This document shows positions 21,190 to 30,477 of a stretch of 64,000 nt of DNA, in pieces (the first letter of the stretch is position 1; each line of letters starts with the position of its first letter). Position numbers and translations under genes: made by a program. Source of the DNA: Propionivibrio sp. (GTDB lineage Bacteria; Pseudomonadota; Gammaproteobacteria; Burkholderiales; Rhodocyclaceae); contig NZ_JAEUOI010000026.1 of NCBI RefSeq assembly GCF_016790145.1, positions 19,680 through 83,679 on the forward strand. The letters run 5' to 3'. Below the pieces are notes generated by a model. It searched no databases. It saw only the letters and a list, made by a program, of their open reading frames with translations, and was not told where the DNA came from.

Positions 21190-21311
21190 GTCACCCCGTC
21201 GCACCCCAGGAGTGTTTCCTTCGGGGCACAAGCCGGGGTCCAGCTCGTTTATCTGATCAATTTTATGAATATCAGAGGAAGGTACTGGATTCCGGCTTTT
21301 GCCGGAATGAG
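21190..21311. repeat. REP/REPIN-like inverted dyad, copy 2
   Basis: GTCACCCCG...AAGCCGGGGTCCAG facing CTGGATTCCGGCTTTTGCCGGAATGAG. Confidence 0.7.
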
Positions 21312-21401
21312 CGCGAAGCCTGGCCTCGGGCCACGGCTTGGGCGGTGTTTATCCATTAATTCATAGCCTCTGAGAGGAAAACTGACTTGAAAGGCATCAC
21401 C

Positions 21402-21893
21402 ATGAAAATTCCCTTCCGCCCCATTGCACTGGGCCTCGTTGTCCTGCTCTTCTCGGGCGTTTTGCTTGAGCGGGCGCAGGCCGGTGGCGGCCATTTCTTT
21501 CCCCCGGTAGCCGATCCGCTGGTGCGTGAGGAATGTGGTTCCTGTCACCTCGCATTTGCACCTTCGATGCTGCCGAAAAGTTCTTGGACGCGGATGATGG
21601 GCGACCTGAAGAACCATTTTGGCGACGATGCCAGCATCGACACCGCTAAAACCGAACGTATCACCCGCTATCTCAACGCCAATGCCGCAGACAGCGGTAG
21701 CCAGCGCAATGGCAGCAAATTTCTGCGCGGAGTTTCCATGGAGAACGGGCCCTTGCGGATTACCGAGTTGCCCAAGTGGGTCAGCGAGCACCGAGGGATT
21801 TCTCCCGCTGAATGGAAGAGCAAGAAAGTCGGCAGCAAGGCCAATTGCGTGGCCTGCCACGTTGACGCGGAACGCGGTTATTACGACGAGTGA
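21402..21893 (+). CDS. Diheme cytochrome c (DHC family)
   Basis: Signal peptide; EECGSCHLAF, W...NHFGDDAS, LRITELP, SKANCVACH; alternative TTG start 21387. Confidence 0.88.
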   Translation: MKIPFRPIALGLVVLLFSGVLLERAQAGGGHFFPPVADPLVREECGSCHLAFAPSMLPKSSWTRMMGDLKNHFGDDASIDTAKTERITRYLNANAADSGSQRNGSKFLRGVSMENGPLRITELPKWVSEHRGISPAEWKSKKVGSKANCVACHVDAERGYYDE

Positions 21894-21915
21894 AAATATT
21901 CAATAAGAATACTCC

Positions 21916-23235
21916 ATGAAAAGTATATTATTCATACTGCTGGCGATAATATCCGCCACCTGGGGCCTTGATCTGGCCACCTCCAGCTTCCCACCCGACA
22001 GCCACATCCTGTGGATCGTTCGCCAAGAGGGAATGTATCTGACGGGCCTGCTGTCGATTGCCCTGATGTCGCTCTCCATGGTGCTCGCCACGCGTCCGGC
22101 CTGGCTCGAAAAACCGCTCGGTGGCCTCGACCGCATTTACCGCCTGCACAAATGGTCGGGAATCCTGGCTATCGGCTTTGGCGCCAGTCACTGGCTGCTC
22201 AAGCTCTCCAGCGACATCCTCAAACCGCTCATCGGAGTCGAAGGACGTCTGCCGAAAATAAAATATGACGGTTTGCTCGAAGTGTTGCGCGAACTAGGCG
22301 ATGACATGGGCGAACCGGCGCTGTACGCGATGTTGGCCATGCTTGCCGTCACCCTGTGGCGGCGATTCCCCTACCACCTGTGGCGTCACCTGCATCGGGT
22401 CATGCCGGTACTCTATCTGATGTTGGCCCTGCACGCGGCCTTGCTGGCGCCTCTGACATACTGGGCGCAACCGGTGGGTATGCTGATGGCCGCCTGTCTT
22501 GCCGTAGGCGTAGTCGCCAGCGTCATGTCACTGGCCGGGATGATCGGGCGGCGCCGTCAGGTGAATGGTTTGGTTGTTGCGGTCAACAGCGATGGCGACG
22601 TGACCGAAGTCACCTGCCAGCTTGACGAACAGTGGCAAGCCCATCGCCCCGGACAGTTTGCCTTCATCACCTTTGACTGGATCGAGGGCGCGCATCCCTT
22701 CACCATCGCCAGCGCCGATCGCGGCGAGAGGACGATCACCTTTTTCATCAAGGCGCTGGGTGATTTCACGAATAAGCTTGCGCAGCGGGTCAAGACCGGG
22801 CAGACGGTCAGGATCGAAGGCCCTTACGGCCGCTTCCAGCTTGCCCGCAGCAAACCGGACAGCCGCCAGATCTGGGTGGCCGGCGGAATTGGCGTAACGC
22901 CTTTCCTGGCCTGGCTGGAATCTCTGCAAGCGCGCCCGGAAGAAACGCGCGAAGCCGACCTGCACTATTGCACGCGCAACCACGAGTCCGACCCCTTCGT
23001 CGGCCGCCTGCAAACGCTGTGCGCCGCGCTACCCGGAATTCGCCTGAACATTCACAGCGCAAAGCATGGTGACGTTTTGACCGCCGATGCGCTCAAGCTG
23101 GCCGAGGGACAGAAGAAAAAGGCCGACGTCTGGTTCTGCGGGCCGAGCGGACTCGCCGACGCGCTGAAAAAAGGTTTGAAGGATTCCTGGAATGGACGTT
23201 TGCGTTTCCATCAGGAGGCCTTTGAGATGCGTTAG
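21916..23235 (+). CDS. Ferric-reductase/NOX-like transmembrane flavocytochrome (di-heme b + FAD + NAD(P)H domains)
   Basis: H-X13-H and H-X12-H in TM helices, HPFTIAS, EGPYG, GGIGVTPF, FCGP, C-terminal EAFEMR. Confidence 0.88.
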   Translation: MKSILFILLAIISATWGLDLATSSFPPDSHILWIVRQEGMYLTGLLSIALMSLSMVLATRPAWLEKPLGGLDRIYRLHKWSGILAIGFGASHWLLKLSSDILKPLIGVEGRLPKIKYDGLLEVLRELGDDMGEPALYAMLAMLAVTLWRRFPYHLWRHLHRVMPVLYLMLALHAALLAPLTYWAQPVGMLMAACLAVGVVASVMSLAGMIGRRRQVNGLVVAVNSDGDVTEVTCQLDEQWQAHRPGQFAFITFDWIEGAHPFTIASADRGERTITFFIKALGDFTNKLAQRVKTGQTVRIEGPYGRFQLARSKPDSRQIWVAGGIGVTPFLAWLESLQARPEETREADLHYCTRNHESDPFVGRLQTLCAALPGIRLNIHSAKHGDVLTADALKLAEGQKKKADVWFCGPSGLADALKKGLKDSWNGRLRFHQEAFEMR

Positions 23236-23443
23236 AAAGCCAGGAATTAATTTTAGCCCAGGCTATGCCTGAGTGTTTTTGTTCAATTCTTTAGAGCTGA
23301 AATCCGCAACACCGGATCAATTCAAACTATTAGTCATACCCAGGCAGGAGAACTGTTCGCCAGCGCACATACTTTAAGAGTGAATTGGCGGAATTTAATA
23401 ACTTGGTCATCTTTTGATGACTGCCAGCATGAGGATTTATCTA

Positions 23444-23788
23444 ATGAGAACGCGCGCCGGAGTAATTGTTTTGGCATCAACACTTGCAGGTGTGATGACG
23501 ATGTTATCCACCGGCTGCAATAAACCTCAGGAGGCGATAGCTACAGCACCGCCTAGCACCAAGGTGGGAGCCGATATTAGCGACAGCGAGGTGAGCACCC
23601 GGGTCAAGACGGCACTGCTACAGGATGCAAACCTCAAACGCTTTAATATTGCTGTTGCAACGCTCAAGGGAGATGTCAGGCTCACTGGCTTGGTCGACAA
23701 CCAGAGCCAGATCGACCAGTCCATTAAATTAGTCCGCAGTATCCCAGGCGTTCATACCATCCACGATGAACTTGGAATCAAAAAATAA
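23444..23788 (+). CDS. BON-domain lipoprotein
   Basis: STGC lipobox, DSEVSTRVKTALL, GDVRLTGLV, VRSIPGV; GAGGA RBS before ATG 23444. Confidence 0.8.
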   Translation: MRTRAGVIVLASTLAGVMTMLSTGCNKPQEAIATAPPSTKVGADISDSEVSTRVKTALLQDANLKRFNIAVATLKGDVRLTGLVDNQSQIDQSIKLVRSIPGVHTIHDELGIKK

Positions 23789-23890
23789 AGCTTAACGAGG
23801 TGTTATCGCTCAAGTCCGGCAAATGCTCCAGCGTTCCAATGGCAATGGGTGACTTCTCCTCGATCATTGGCGCACCTGGCTCATAGTCAC

Positions 23891-25174
23891 ATGACATCAC
23901 TCTATCTGTCGCTCTGGATCGCTCTGGGAATCGTCCTGCAACTGGCGCTCTATCTGGGCATCGTCTTCTGGCGCCACTGGGCAGGTTATCAGGCCTTGCG
24001 CAGCGTTGCGGCCGATCTGGATTTGCCGGTGCCGCAAGCAGTACTTCCGGCCAGCGAGGAAACTGCCGTTGCCGCCTGGACTGGCTTCCGAACCTTCCGT
24101 GTCGAGCGCAAGACCATCGAAGACGCCATGCAATCGGTCTGCTCGTTTTACCTCGTTCCGGAAGACGGAAAGCCGCTCCCGTCTTTCCTGCCCGGGCAGT
24201 TTCTGACCTTCCGCCTTGATGTACCGACGAGTGCTGGCGGCAGCGAACAGATCGTTCGCTGCTATTCACTTTCGGATGCCCCGCGTCCCGATGGTTACCG
24301 CGTCTCGATCAAGCGCGTGCCTTCGCCCGCCGGCAGCGCAGGCATCGATCTCCCGCCCGGTCGGTCATCCAATCATTTTCACGATCACATCGAAGTCGGC
24401 AACCTGCTGCAGGTGCGCGCACCCTCCGGGCATTTCCATATCGAGCGCAGCGAAGCGCCGGTGGTACTGATCGGCTGCGGCATCGGCATTACGCCGATGC
24501 TGAGCATGCTGAACTGGAGTCTGGCTGAACAGAAAGGGCGTGAAGTCTGGCTGTTTTACGGTGTGCGCCATGGCCGCGAGCTGGTGATGAAATCCCATCT
24601 CGAAGCGCTGGCGGCGCTGCATCCGAACTTTCATTTGCACGTGTGCTTCAGCAACCCGCAGGCGGAGGATATGGCTGGGCGCGATTATCAGCACCGTGGC
24701 CGCGTCGATGTAAGCCTCCTGCGCATGCAACTACCGATCAAGTCTTATCACTTTTACATTTGCGGGCCTTCGCCGATGATGGAAAGCTTGGTACCGGCGC
24801 TGGAGAATTGGGGCGTGCGCGATTCGCATATTCACTTCGAGGCCTTCGGCCCGGCTTCGATCAAACGGCGGAATGCGGTGACAGCGGTGGCAGCGGCGTG
24901 CGGTGACGCCATGACGGGCGACATCATCGTGACCTTTGCCCAGTCGGGCAAAAAGCTGGCCTGGCCAACCGCCAGCAGCAACCTGCTCGACTTTGCCGAG
25001 AATGGTGGTATCGCCGTCAATTCCGGATGCCGGGCCGGGGGCTGCGGCAGTTGCCAGACGACGATTCTCTCCGGCGAGGTGAGCTACCATCAGTCTCCGG
25101 ATTTCGACCCCGAGCCGGGCACCTGCCTGCTCTGTGTGTGCACGCCCAAGACCAGCCTGACCCTGGAGGCCTAG
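23891..25174 (+). CDS. Membrane-anchored FAD/NAD(P)-binding oxidoreductase with C-terminal [2Fe-2S] ferredoxin
   Basis: N-terminal TM helix, RCYSLS, GCGIGITPM, YICGP, HFEAFG, CRAGGCGSC...LLC. Confidence 0.88.
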   Translation: MTSLYLSLWIALGIVLQLALYLGIVFWRHWAGYQALRSVAADLDLPVPQAVLPASEETAVAAWTGFRTFRVERKTIEDAMQSVCSFYLVPEDGKPLPSFLPGQFLTFRLDVPTSAGGSEQIVRCYSLSDAPRPDGYRVSIKRVPSPAGSAGIDLPPGRSSNHFHDHIEVGNLLQVRAPSGHFHIERSEAPVVLIGCGIGITPMLSMLNWSLAEQKGREVWLFYGVRHGRELVMKSHLEALAALHPNFHLHVCFSNPQAEDMAGRDYQHRGRVDVSLLRMQLPIKSYHFYICGPSPMMESLVPALENWGVRDSHIHFEAFGPASIKRRNAVTAVAAACGDAMTGDIIVTFAQSGKKLAWPTASSNLLDFAENGGIAVNSGCRAGGCGSCQTTILSGEVSYHQSPDFDPEPGTCLLCVCTPKTSLTLEA

Positions 25175-25753
25175 ATGGAAAAATCGCTCTGGCGGGAGCA
25201 GATTCTGCCCTTCACCGCGCTGATGGGCTTGCTGGCGTTAGCCACCCTGGCCGGCGACTTTCTTCTGCACCGGCTGAATCTGGTCTGGGTCGGCCGTTAT
25301 CTGGGCATTCCCGGAACGATCCTGATCATCCTCTCGCTGGTCTACTCGCTGCGCAAACGCAAATACATCAGCAGTGGCAATCCGAAAACGCTGCTCACCC
25401 TGCATGAGATCGGCGCCTGGCTGGGCTCGGTGATGGTGCTGATCCATGCCGGCATCCATTTCAACGCCATCCTGCCCTGGCTGGCGACCATCGCCATGGG
25501 CGTCAATGTGATCAGCGGCATGGTCGGGAAACTGCTGCTGAGTCGCTCGCGCCGCCATTTGCAGGGCCAGCGCGAGCACTTTCAGTTGCGCGGCCTGTCG
25601 CAGCCGGAGGTGGAAAAAGCCTTGTTCTGGGATGCGGTGACGTTCGACGCCATGGCCAAGTGGCGAAAAGTACATATCCCGATTTTCATCGTTTTCGCGG
25701 TGCTGGCGCTCGGCCACATCATCAGCATCATTTTGTTCTGGGGCTGGATATGA
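25175..25753 (+). CDS. Integral membrane protein with two H-X13-H pairs, putative di-heme b
   Basis: HEIGAWLGSVMVLIH and HIPIFIVFAVLALGH; YSLRKR motif; ATG abuts the upstream TAG. Confidence 0.75.
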   Translation: MEKSLWREQILPFTALMGLLALATLAGDFLLHRLNLVWVGRYLGIPGTILIILSLVYSLRKRKYISSGNPKTLLTLHEIGAWLGSVMVLIHAGIHFNAILPWLATIAMGVNVISGMVGKLLLSRSRRHLQGQREHFQLRGLSQPEVEKALFWDAVTFDAMAKWRKVHIPIFIVFAVLALGHIISIILFWGWI

Positions 25754-26499
25754 GCCGAATCGTCAAGATCATTCTGGCCGTCAACCTGATTGCCTTAACG
25801 GTTCTGGTTTTCGTCTACCCCAATCTGATGGTCGGGCCGGGCAAGCTGATCCCCGGCCACAAGTCACTGGAAACCGACTGTTTTGCCTGCCATGCCCCGC
25901 TGACCGGTGCGCAATCGGCGCGCTGCGTCACCTGCCACAAGCCGGGGGAAATTGGTCGCCTGACCACGACGGGCCTGCCCATCGTCAAACCGCTGACCTC
26001 GACGCCGTTCCACCAGAAGCTGGTCAGCGAGGATTGCGTGGCGTGTCATAGCGATCATGCCGGCGTCAAACGCTTCCGGCCGCAAGGACATTTCAACCAT
26101 GACTTGCTGAAGAAGGAGACGCGTGAAATCTGCCAGGATTGCCACAAGGCACCTGTCGACCCGCTGCACAAGCAGATTACCGGCAACTGCAAGCAGTGCC
26201 ACAGCCAGGACAAATGGAAACCGGCGACCTTCGACCACGACAAGTATTTCCAGCTCGACCGCGACCACAACAAGGGCTGCGTCACCTGCCATGTGCGCAA
26301 CGATTACAGCAGCTACACCTGTTACGGCTGCCACGAGCACACGGCAGAAAATATTCGCCGCAAGCACGTCGAAGAAAATATCCGCAATTTCAGCAATTGC
26401 GTTGAATGCCACCGCAGTGCCAACGAGCATGACATCCGTCGCGAGGGCGGAGAAGGTGAAAGCAAGCGCGTGAAGAAAAACCGCGATGGCGACGATTGA
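25750..26499 (+). CDS. Octaheme cytochrome c with N-terminal membrane anchor or signal
   Basis: Eight CXXCH: CFACH, CVTCH, CVACH, CQDCH, CKQCH, CVTCH, CYGCH, CVECH; ATGA overlap with the upstream gene. Confidence 0.9.
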   Translation: MSRIVKIILAVNLIALTVLVFVYPNLMVGPGKLIPGHKSLETDCFACHAPLTGAQSARCVTCHKPGEIGRLTTTGLPIVKPLTSTPFHQKLVSEDCVACHSDHAGVKRFRPQGHFNHDLLKKETREICQDCHKAPVDPLHKQITGNCKQCHSQDKWKPATFDHDKYFQLDRDHNKGCVTCHVRNDYSSYTCYGCHEHTAENIRRKHVEENIRNFSNCVECHRSANEHDIRREGGEGESKRVKKNRDGDD

Positions 26500-26768
26500 G
26501 CGGGCTTAGCCTGATTCGATCAGCATGCTGAAGAGGAAGGTGGCAGAATGGGTTACGAAACTTTATTTCCAGCACGTATTGCTGAACAGCTCATGAGCAA
26601 GGGGTGTACAACCAATTTAACTGAAGAAAGCCGTGTCATGGGCTCGCATGGATGACTGATTGTCAAGCACGAGCTTGTGTGCCTGTATGCAATTGTGATT
26701 ATTCATTTCCAGGCTCGTTCATGTCGATATTCATTAATGTTACTCACCCTCATCACTTATAAATAATC

Positions 26769-29297
26769 ATGCCGACAGATTTTCCCCAAGGCCTGAGCCA
26801 GGAAGCCGCCGCTGCCCGTTTGGCCGAAGAAGGTTCGAATGAACTGGGCACGGATCAGCGACGCTCCCTGTTGTCCATCGCCGGTGAGGTAGCGCGCGAG
26901 CCAATGTTCCTGCTGCTTCTCGGTGCCGGAGCCATCTATCTGGCCATGGGCGATGCGCACGAAGCACTGATTCTGCTCGGTTTTGTGGGGATCATCATGC
27001 TCGTCACTATCCTCCAGGAGCGGCGTACCGAAAACGCCCTGGAAGCCTTGCGCGATCTCTCCAGCCCACGAGCTCTGGTGATCCGTGATGGCGTGCAGAC
27101 TCGCATTGCCGGGCGCGAGGTCGTGCGCGAGGACGTACTTGTTTTGGCTGAGGGTGACCGTATCCCGGCCGATGGCAAGGTGTTGCAGGCGCATGAACTG
27201 GCCGCCGACGAGTCGATGCTGACCGGGGAATCCGTGGCGGTTGCGAAGTTTTCCGATAACGGCCAAGTGTTCGCCGGGACGCTGGTGGTTCGTGGTCAGG
27301 GGCTGATGCAGGTAAGCACCACCGGTCAAGCAACCGAGTTGGGACGTATCGGAAAATCGTTGCAAGCCATCGCCATCGAGAGCTCGCCACTACGCGATGA
27401 AATCGGCCGGCTGACCAAGCGTCTGGCGCTGATTGGTATCGGTTTGTGCCTTGCCTTGGCGCTACTCTACTGGAGCTTGCGCGGCAACTGGCTCGATGCG
27501 CTGCTTGCTGGTATCACGCTGGCCATGGGCATTTTGCCTCAGGAGTTCCCGGTCATCATGATCATCTTCCTGGCCTTTGGTGCGCGCCGCATCGCCCGCC
27601 AGAAGGTATTGACGCGACGCCTCAATGCCATCGAAACCCTTGGCGAAACAACCGTACTGTGCGTGGACAAGACCGGAACGCTGACCCAAAACCGCATGGC
27701 CGTAGCCGCCCTGTCGGTCGGTGGCAAGTTTCTCGCTACCGACGAGCCCGGCGGAGGCGATCTGCCCGAGCCCTATCACGAGTTGATCGAGTATGCCGTC
27801 CTGTCCAGCGAAACCGATCCCCACGATCCGATGGAGCAGGCCTTTCATCGCTTTGCCGGAGAATTGCTGGCCAACACGGAACATCTTCATCCGGACTGGT
27901 CGCTGGAAAAGGAGTACGAGCTATCGCCAGAGCTTCTCGCCATGTCCCACCTGTGGAAGAAGGGCTCCGGTAATCACGATGTCGTCGCGACCAAGGGGGC
28001 CCCGGAAGCCATTGCCGATCTATGCCATTTGCCTGAGGAAGAACGCAGGCGCATGAGCCAGGAAGCAGAAGCCATGGCCGATCGCGGGTTGCGCGTGCTG
28101 GGGGTGGCCAAGGCAAAACATGTCATAAAGGAAAATCTTCCCGATATCCAGCACGATTTCGACTTCAGGTTTGTTGGCCTGATCGGGCTGGCCGATCCGT
28201 TGCGCGCGGAGGTGCCAGGCGCGGTTGCCGAATGCCTGCACGCCGGCATCCGTGTCGTCATGATCACCGGCGACCATCCAAGTACCGCGCGCGCCATTGC
28301 TGCCAGCGCTGGAATAGACGGCAGTGAGGTACTGACCGGCGCCGGTCTGGAAGGGTTGGATGCAAGCAAACTGGCGCAACGCATCGCTTCGGTGAATGTC
28401 TTTGCCCGCGTTACCCCGCAGCAGAAGCTGGATATCGTCGAGGCGCTGAAGGCCAACGGCGAAGTCGTAGCCATGACCGGCGATGGCGTCAACGATGCGC
28501 CAGCCCTCAAGGCCGCGCACATTGGTATTGCCATGGGCAAGCGGGGCACCGACGTCGCCCGCGAGGCGGCTTCACTGGTGCTGCTTGAGGACGATTTCAC
28601 TGCCATCGTTTCTGCCGTTCGGCTTGGGCGGCGTATCTTTGCCAACCTGCGCCAGGCGATGATCTATACGCTGGCGGTGCATATCCCGATCATCGGGCTG
28701 TCCATTTTGCCCGTGTTGTTCGGGATGCCCCTGATATTGGCACCGATTCACATCGCCTTCCTTGAGCTGGTCATTGACCCAGCGTGCTCCATCGTTTTCG
28801 AAGCCGAGGCCGGTAGCCCGCACCTGATGGAGCAGCCACCACGCTCGACCACCGAGCATCTTCTGTCGACCCGGCAGCTTGTCCTGAGCCTGGTGCAGGG
28901 GACGCTGGTCACGCTGGCTGTCGTTACCTTCTATGTGGCGGTCATCTCGGCAGGCACCCCGACCGAACAAGCGCGGGCGCTGGCCTTCATCGTTCTGGTC
29001 ACGGCCAATGCTGCGCTCATCTTTCCTAGCCGCTCCCCGGATTCGGGGTGGCTGCAAATGTTCACAGGACTGACGCCAGTCACCGCGTGGGTGCTTGGCG
29101 GAACTTTGACGGGCCTGGCACTTATAACCGGCGTCCCGGCCATTGCGGCTGCGTTTACCTTCAGTCCTCCCTCCCTGCAGCAAGGGCTGCTCGCCTTCAT
29201 CGTCGGTGCCGGCATGATGCTGTTGTTCGAGGCAGCGAAGCAGTCGGAGCGAAAGATTGCCAGAAGAGCACTCACTACACTTGTAATCCCTCAATGA
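26769..29297 (+). CDS. Cation-translocating P-type ATPase (P2-like)
   Basis: DESMLTGES, PQEFP, DKTGTLT, KGAPE, MITGD, GDGVNDAPALK. Confidence 0.93.
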   Translation: MPTDFPQGLSQEAAAARLAEEGSNELGTDQRRSLLSIAGEVAREPMFLLLLGAGAIYLAMGDAHEALILLGFVGIIMLVTILQERRTENALEALRDLSSPRALVIRDGVQTRIAGREVVREDVLVLAEGDRIPADGKVLQAHELAADESMLTGESVAVAKFSDNGQVFAGTLVVRGQGLMQVSTTGQATELGRIGKSLQAIAIESSPLRDEIGRLTKRLALIGIGLCLALALLYWSLRGNWLDALLAGITLAMGILPQEFPVIMIIFLAFGARRIARQKVLTRRLNAIETLGETTVLCVDKTGTLTQNRMAVAALSVGGKFLATDEPGGGDLPEPYHELIEYAVLSSETDPHDPMEQAFHRFAGELLANTEHLHPDWSLEKEYELSPELLAMSHLWKKGSGNHDVVATKGAPEAIADLCHLPEEERRRMSQEAEAMADRGLRVLGVAKAKHVIKENLPDIQHDFDFRFVGLIGLADPLRAEVPGAVAECLHAGIRVVMITGDHPSTARAIAASAGIDGSEVLTGAGLEGLDASKLAQRIASVNVFARVTPQQKLDIVEALKANGEVVAMTGDGVNDAPALKAAHIGIAMGKRGTDVAREAASLVLLEDDFTAIVSAVRLGRRIFANLRQAMIYTLAVHIPIIGLSILPVLFGMPLILAPIHIAFLELVIDPACSIVFEAEAGSPHLMEQPPRSTTEHLLSTRQLVLSLVQGTLVTLAVVTFYVAVISAGTPTEQARALAFIVLVTANAALIFPSRSPDSGWLQMFTGLTPVTAWVLGGTLTGLALITGVPAIAAAFTFSPPSLQQGLLAFIVGAGMMLLFEAAKQSERKIARRALTTLVIPQ

Positions 29298-29457
29298 CAT
29301 GAATATGACTAATCAATTCCGAGGTTTTTACTGCTGGTGCTCTCGTCGCTGGCACCGTCCATTCGGAACCGATAGCGGTACCTAGCGTTTCTGCTATCGA
29401 CCTCACACGTTATCCAGTTAAAACCCCTTTGATTTTGCCTACCTCAAGAAAGCCCTC

Positions 29458-30477
29458 ATGAATACCGATCAGCAACAGGCCATCCTGACCCTTGCCCTCC
29501 TCGCCGCTTTTGCCGACGGCACCAACGATGACCGCGAGCGCGAACAGATTCGCCGACTGGCCGAATCGCTCGGCGGCGAACCAGGGGCGGCCAATCTGCC
29601 GGCCATCTACCAGAAAGTCATCTTCAAGCAGGCCAGCCTGAAGGACGCGGCGGCCACCCTGGTTGACCCGGGGCACCGCCAACTGGCTTACGAAATGGCC
29701 GTCTGTATCTGCGATGCCGACGCTCGCATGACGGCAACGGAGAAAAAATTCCTGGCTGCACTCGCGGCTGCCCTCAATCTTGAAAGCAGCGTCACCGAGC
29801 AGGCCAACCATCAGGCCGAGGTTATAGCCGGACTGGCCGACGATGCCGCCCCGCCCTCTGCGGCGATTATTGAAAAAACCGTGGCCGCTTCGGCGGCGGC
29901 AAGCGCAGCGGCCACGGCCTGCTCGGTTCCTAGCCCGCTCGTAGCGGTGACGCCCAGAATCCCTGAGCCCGAGATTGACAAGAGCGTCCTCAACTACGCG
30001 ATCCTTAATGGCGCGCTCGAATTGCTGCCGCAATCGTGGGCGTCGATGGCCATCATCCCGTTACAGATCAAGATGGTCTATGGCATCGGCAAGGTGCACG
30101 GCTACGAACTCGACCAGGGGCACATCCGCGAGTTTCTGGCTACGCTCGGCGTCGGCTTGACCTCGCAGTATCTGGAACAGTTCGGGCGCAAACTGCTGGG
30201 CGGACTATTCGGGAAAGTGGCGGGGGGACTGGGAAAACAGCTCGGACAGTCGGCCACCGGCATGGCCTTTTCCTTTGCCTCAACCTACGCGCTGGGACAG
30301 GTCGCCAAGCGCTATTACGCCGGGGGAAGGCAGATGAGCAGTGCCCTGCTCAAGGACAGCTTCCAGAATCTGCTCGGCCCGGCCAAGGAAATGCAGACCC
30401 GCTATCTGCCGCAGATCCAGCAAAAAGCCGTTGGCCTGGATGCATCCCAGATCATGGCCATGGTACGCGCCGCATGA
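29458..30477 (+). CDS. TerB-like N-terminal domain plus DUF697/YcjF-like C-terminal domain
   Basis: LAAFADG...[19 protein letters not shown]...EKKFL; [27 protein letters not shown]. Confidence 0.65.
   Translation: MNTDQQQAILTLALLAAFADGTNDDREREQIRRLAESLGGEPGAANLPAIYQKVIFKQASLKDAAATLVDPGHRQLAYEMAVCICDADARMTATEKKFLAALAAALNLESSVTEQANHQAEVIAGLADDAAPPSAAIIEKTVAASAAASAAATACSVPSPLVAVTPRIPEPEIDKSVLNYAILNGALELLPQSWASMAIIPLQIKMVYGIGKVHGYELDQGHIREFLATLGVGLTSQYLEQFGRKLLGGLFGKVAGGLGKQLGQSATGMAFSFASTYALGQVAKRYYAGGRQMSSALLKDSFQNLLGPAKEMQTRYLPQIQQKAVGLDASQIMAMVRAA

Noticed and set aside
26595-26680. yybP-ykoY (Mn2+) riboswitch-like words upstream of the P-type ATPase (CAAGGGGTGTA...GTGTCA...GAGCTTG)
   Set aside because: The conserved GGAGUA is altered and I could not build convincing helices; an Infernal search with the yybP-ykoY model would decide
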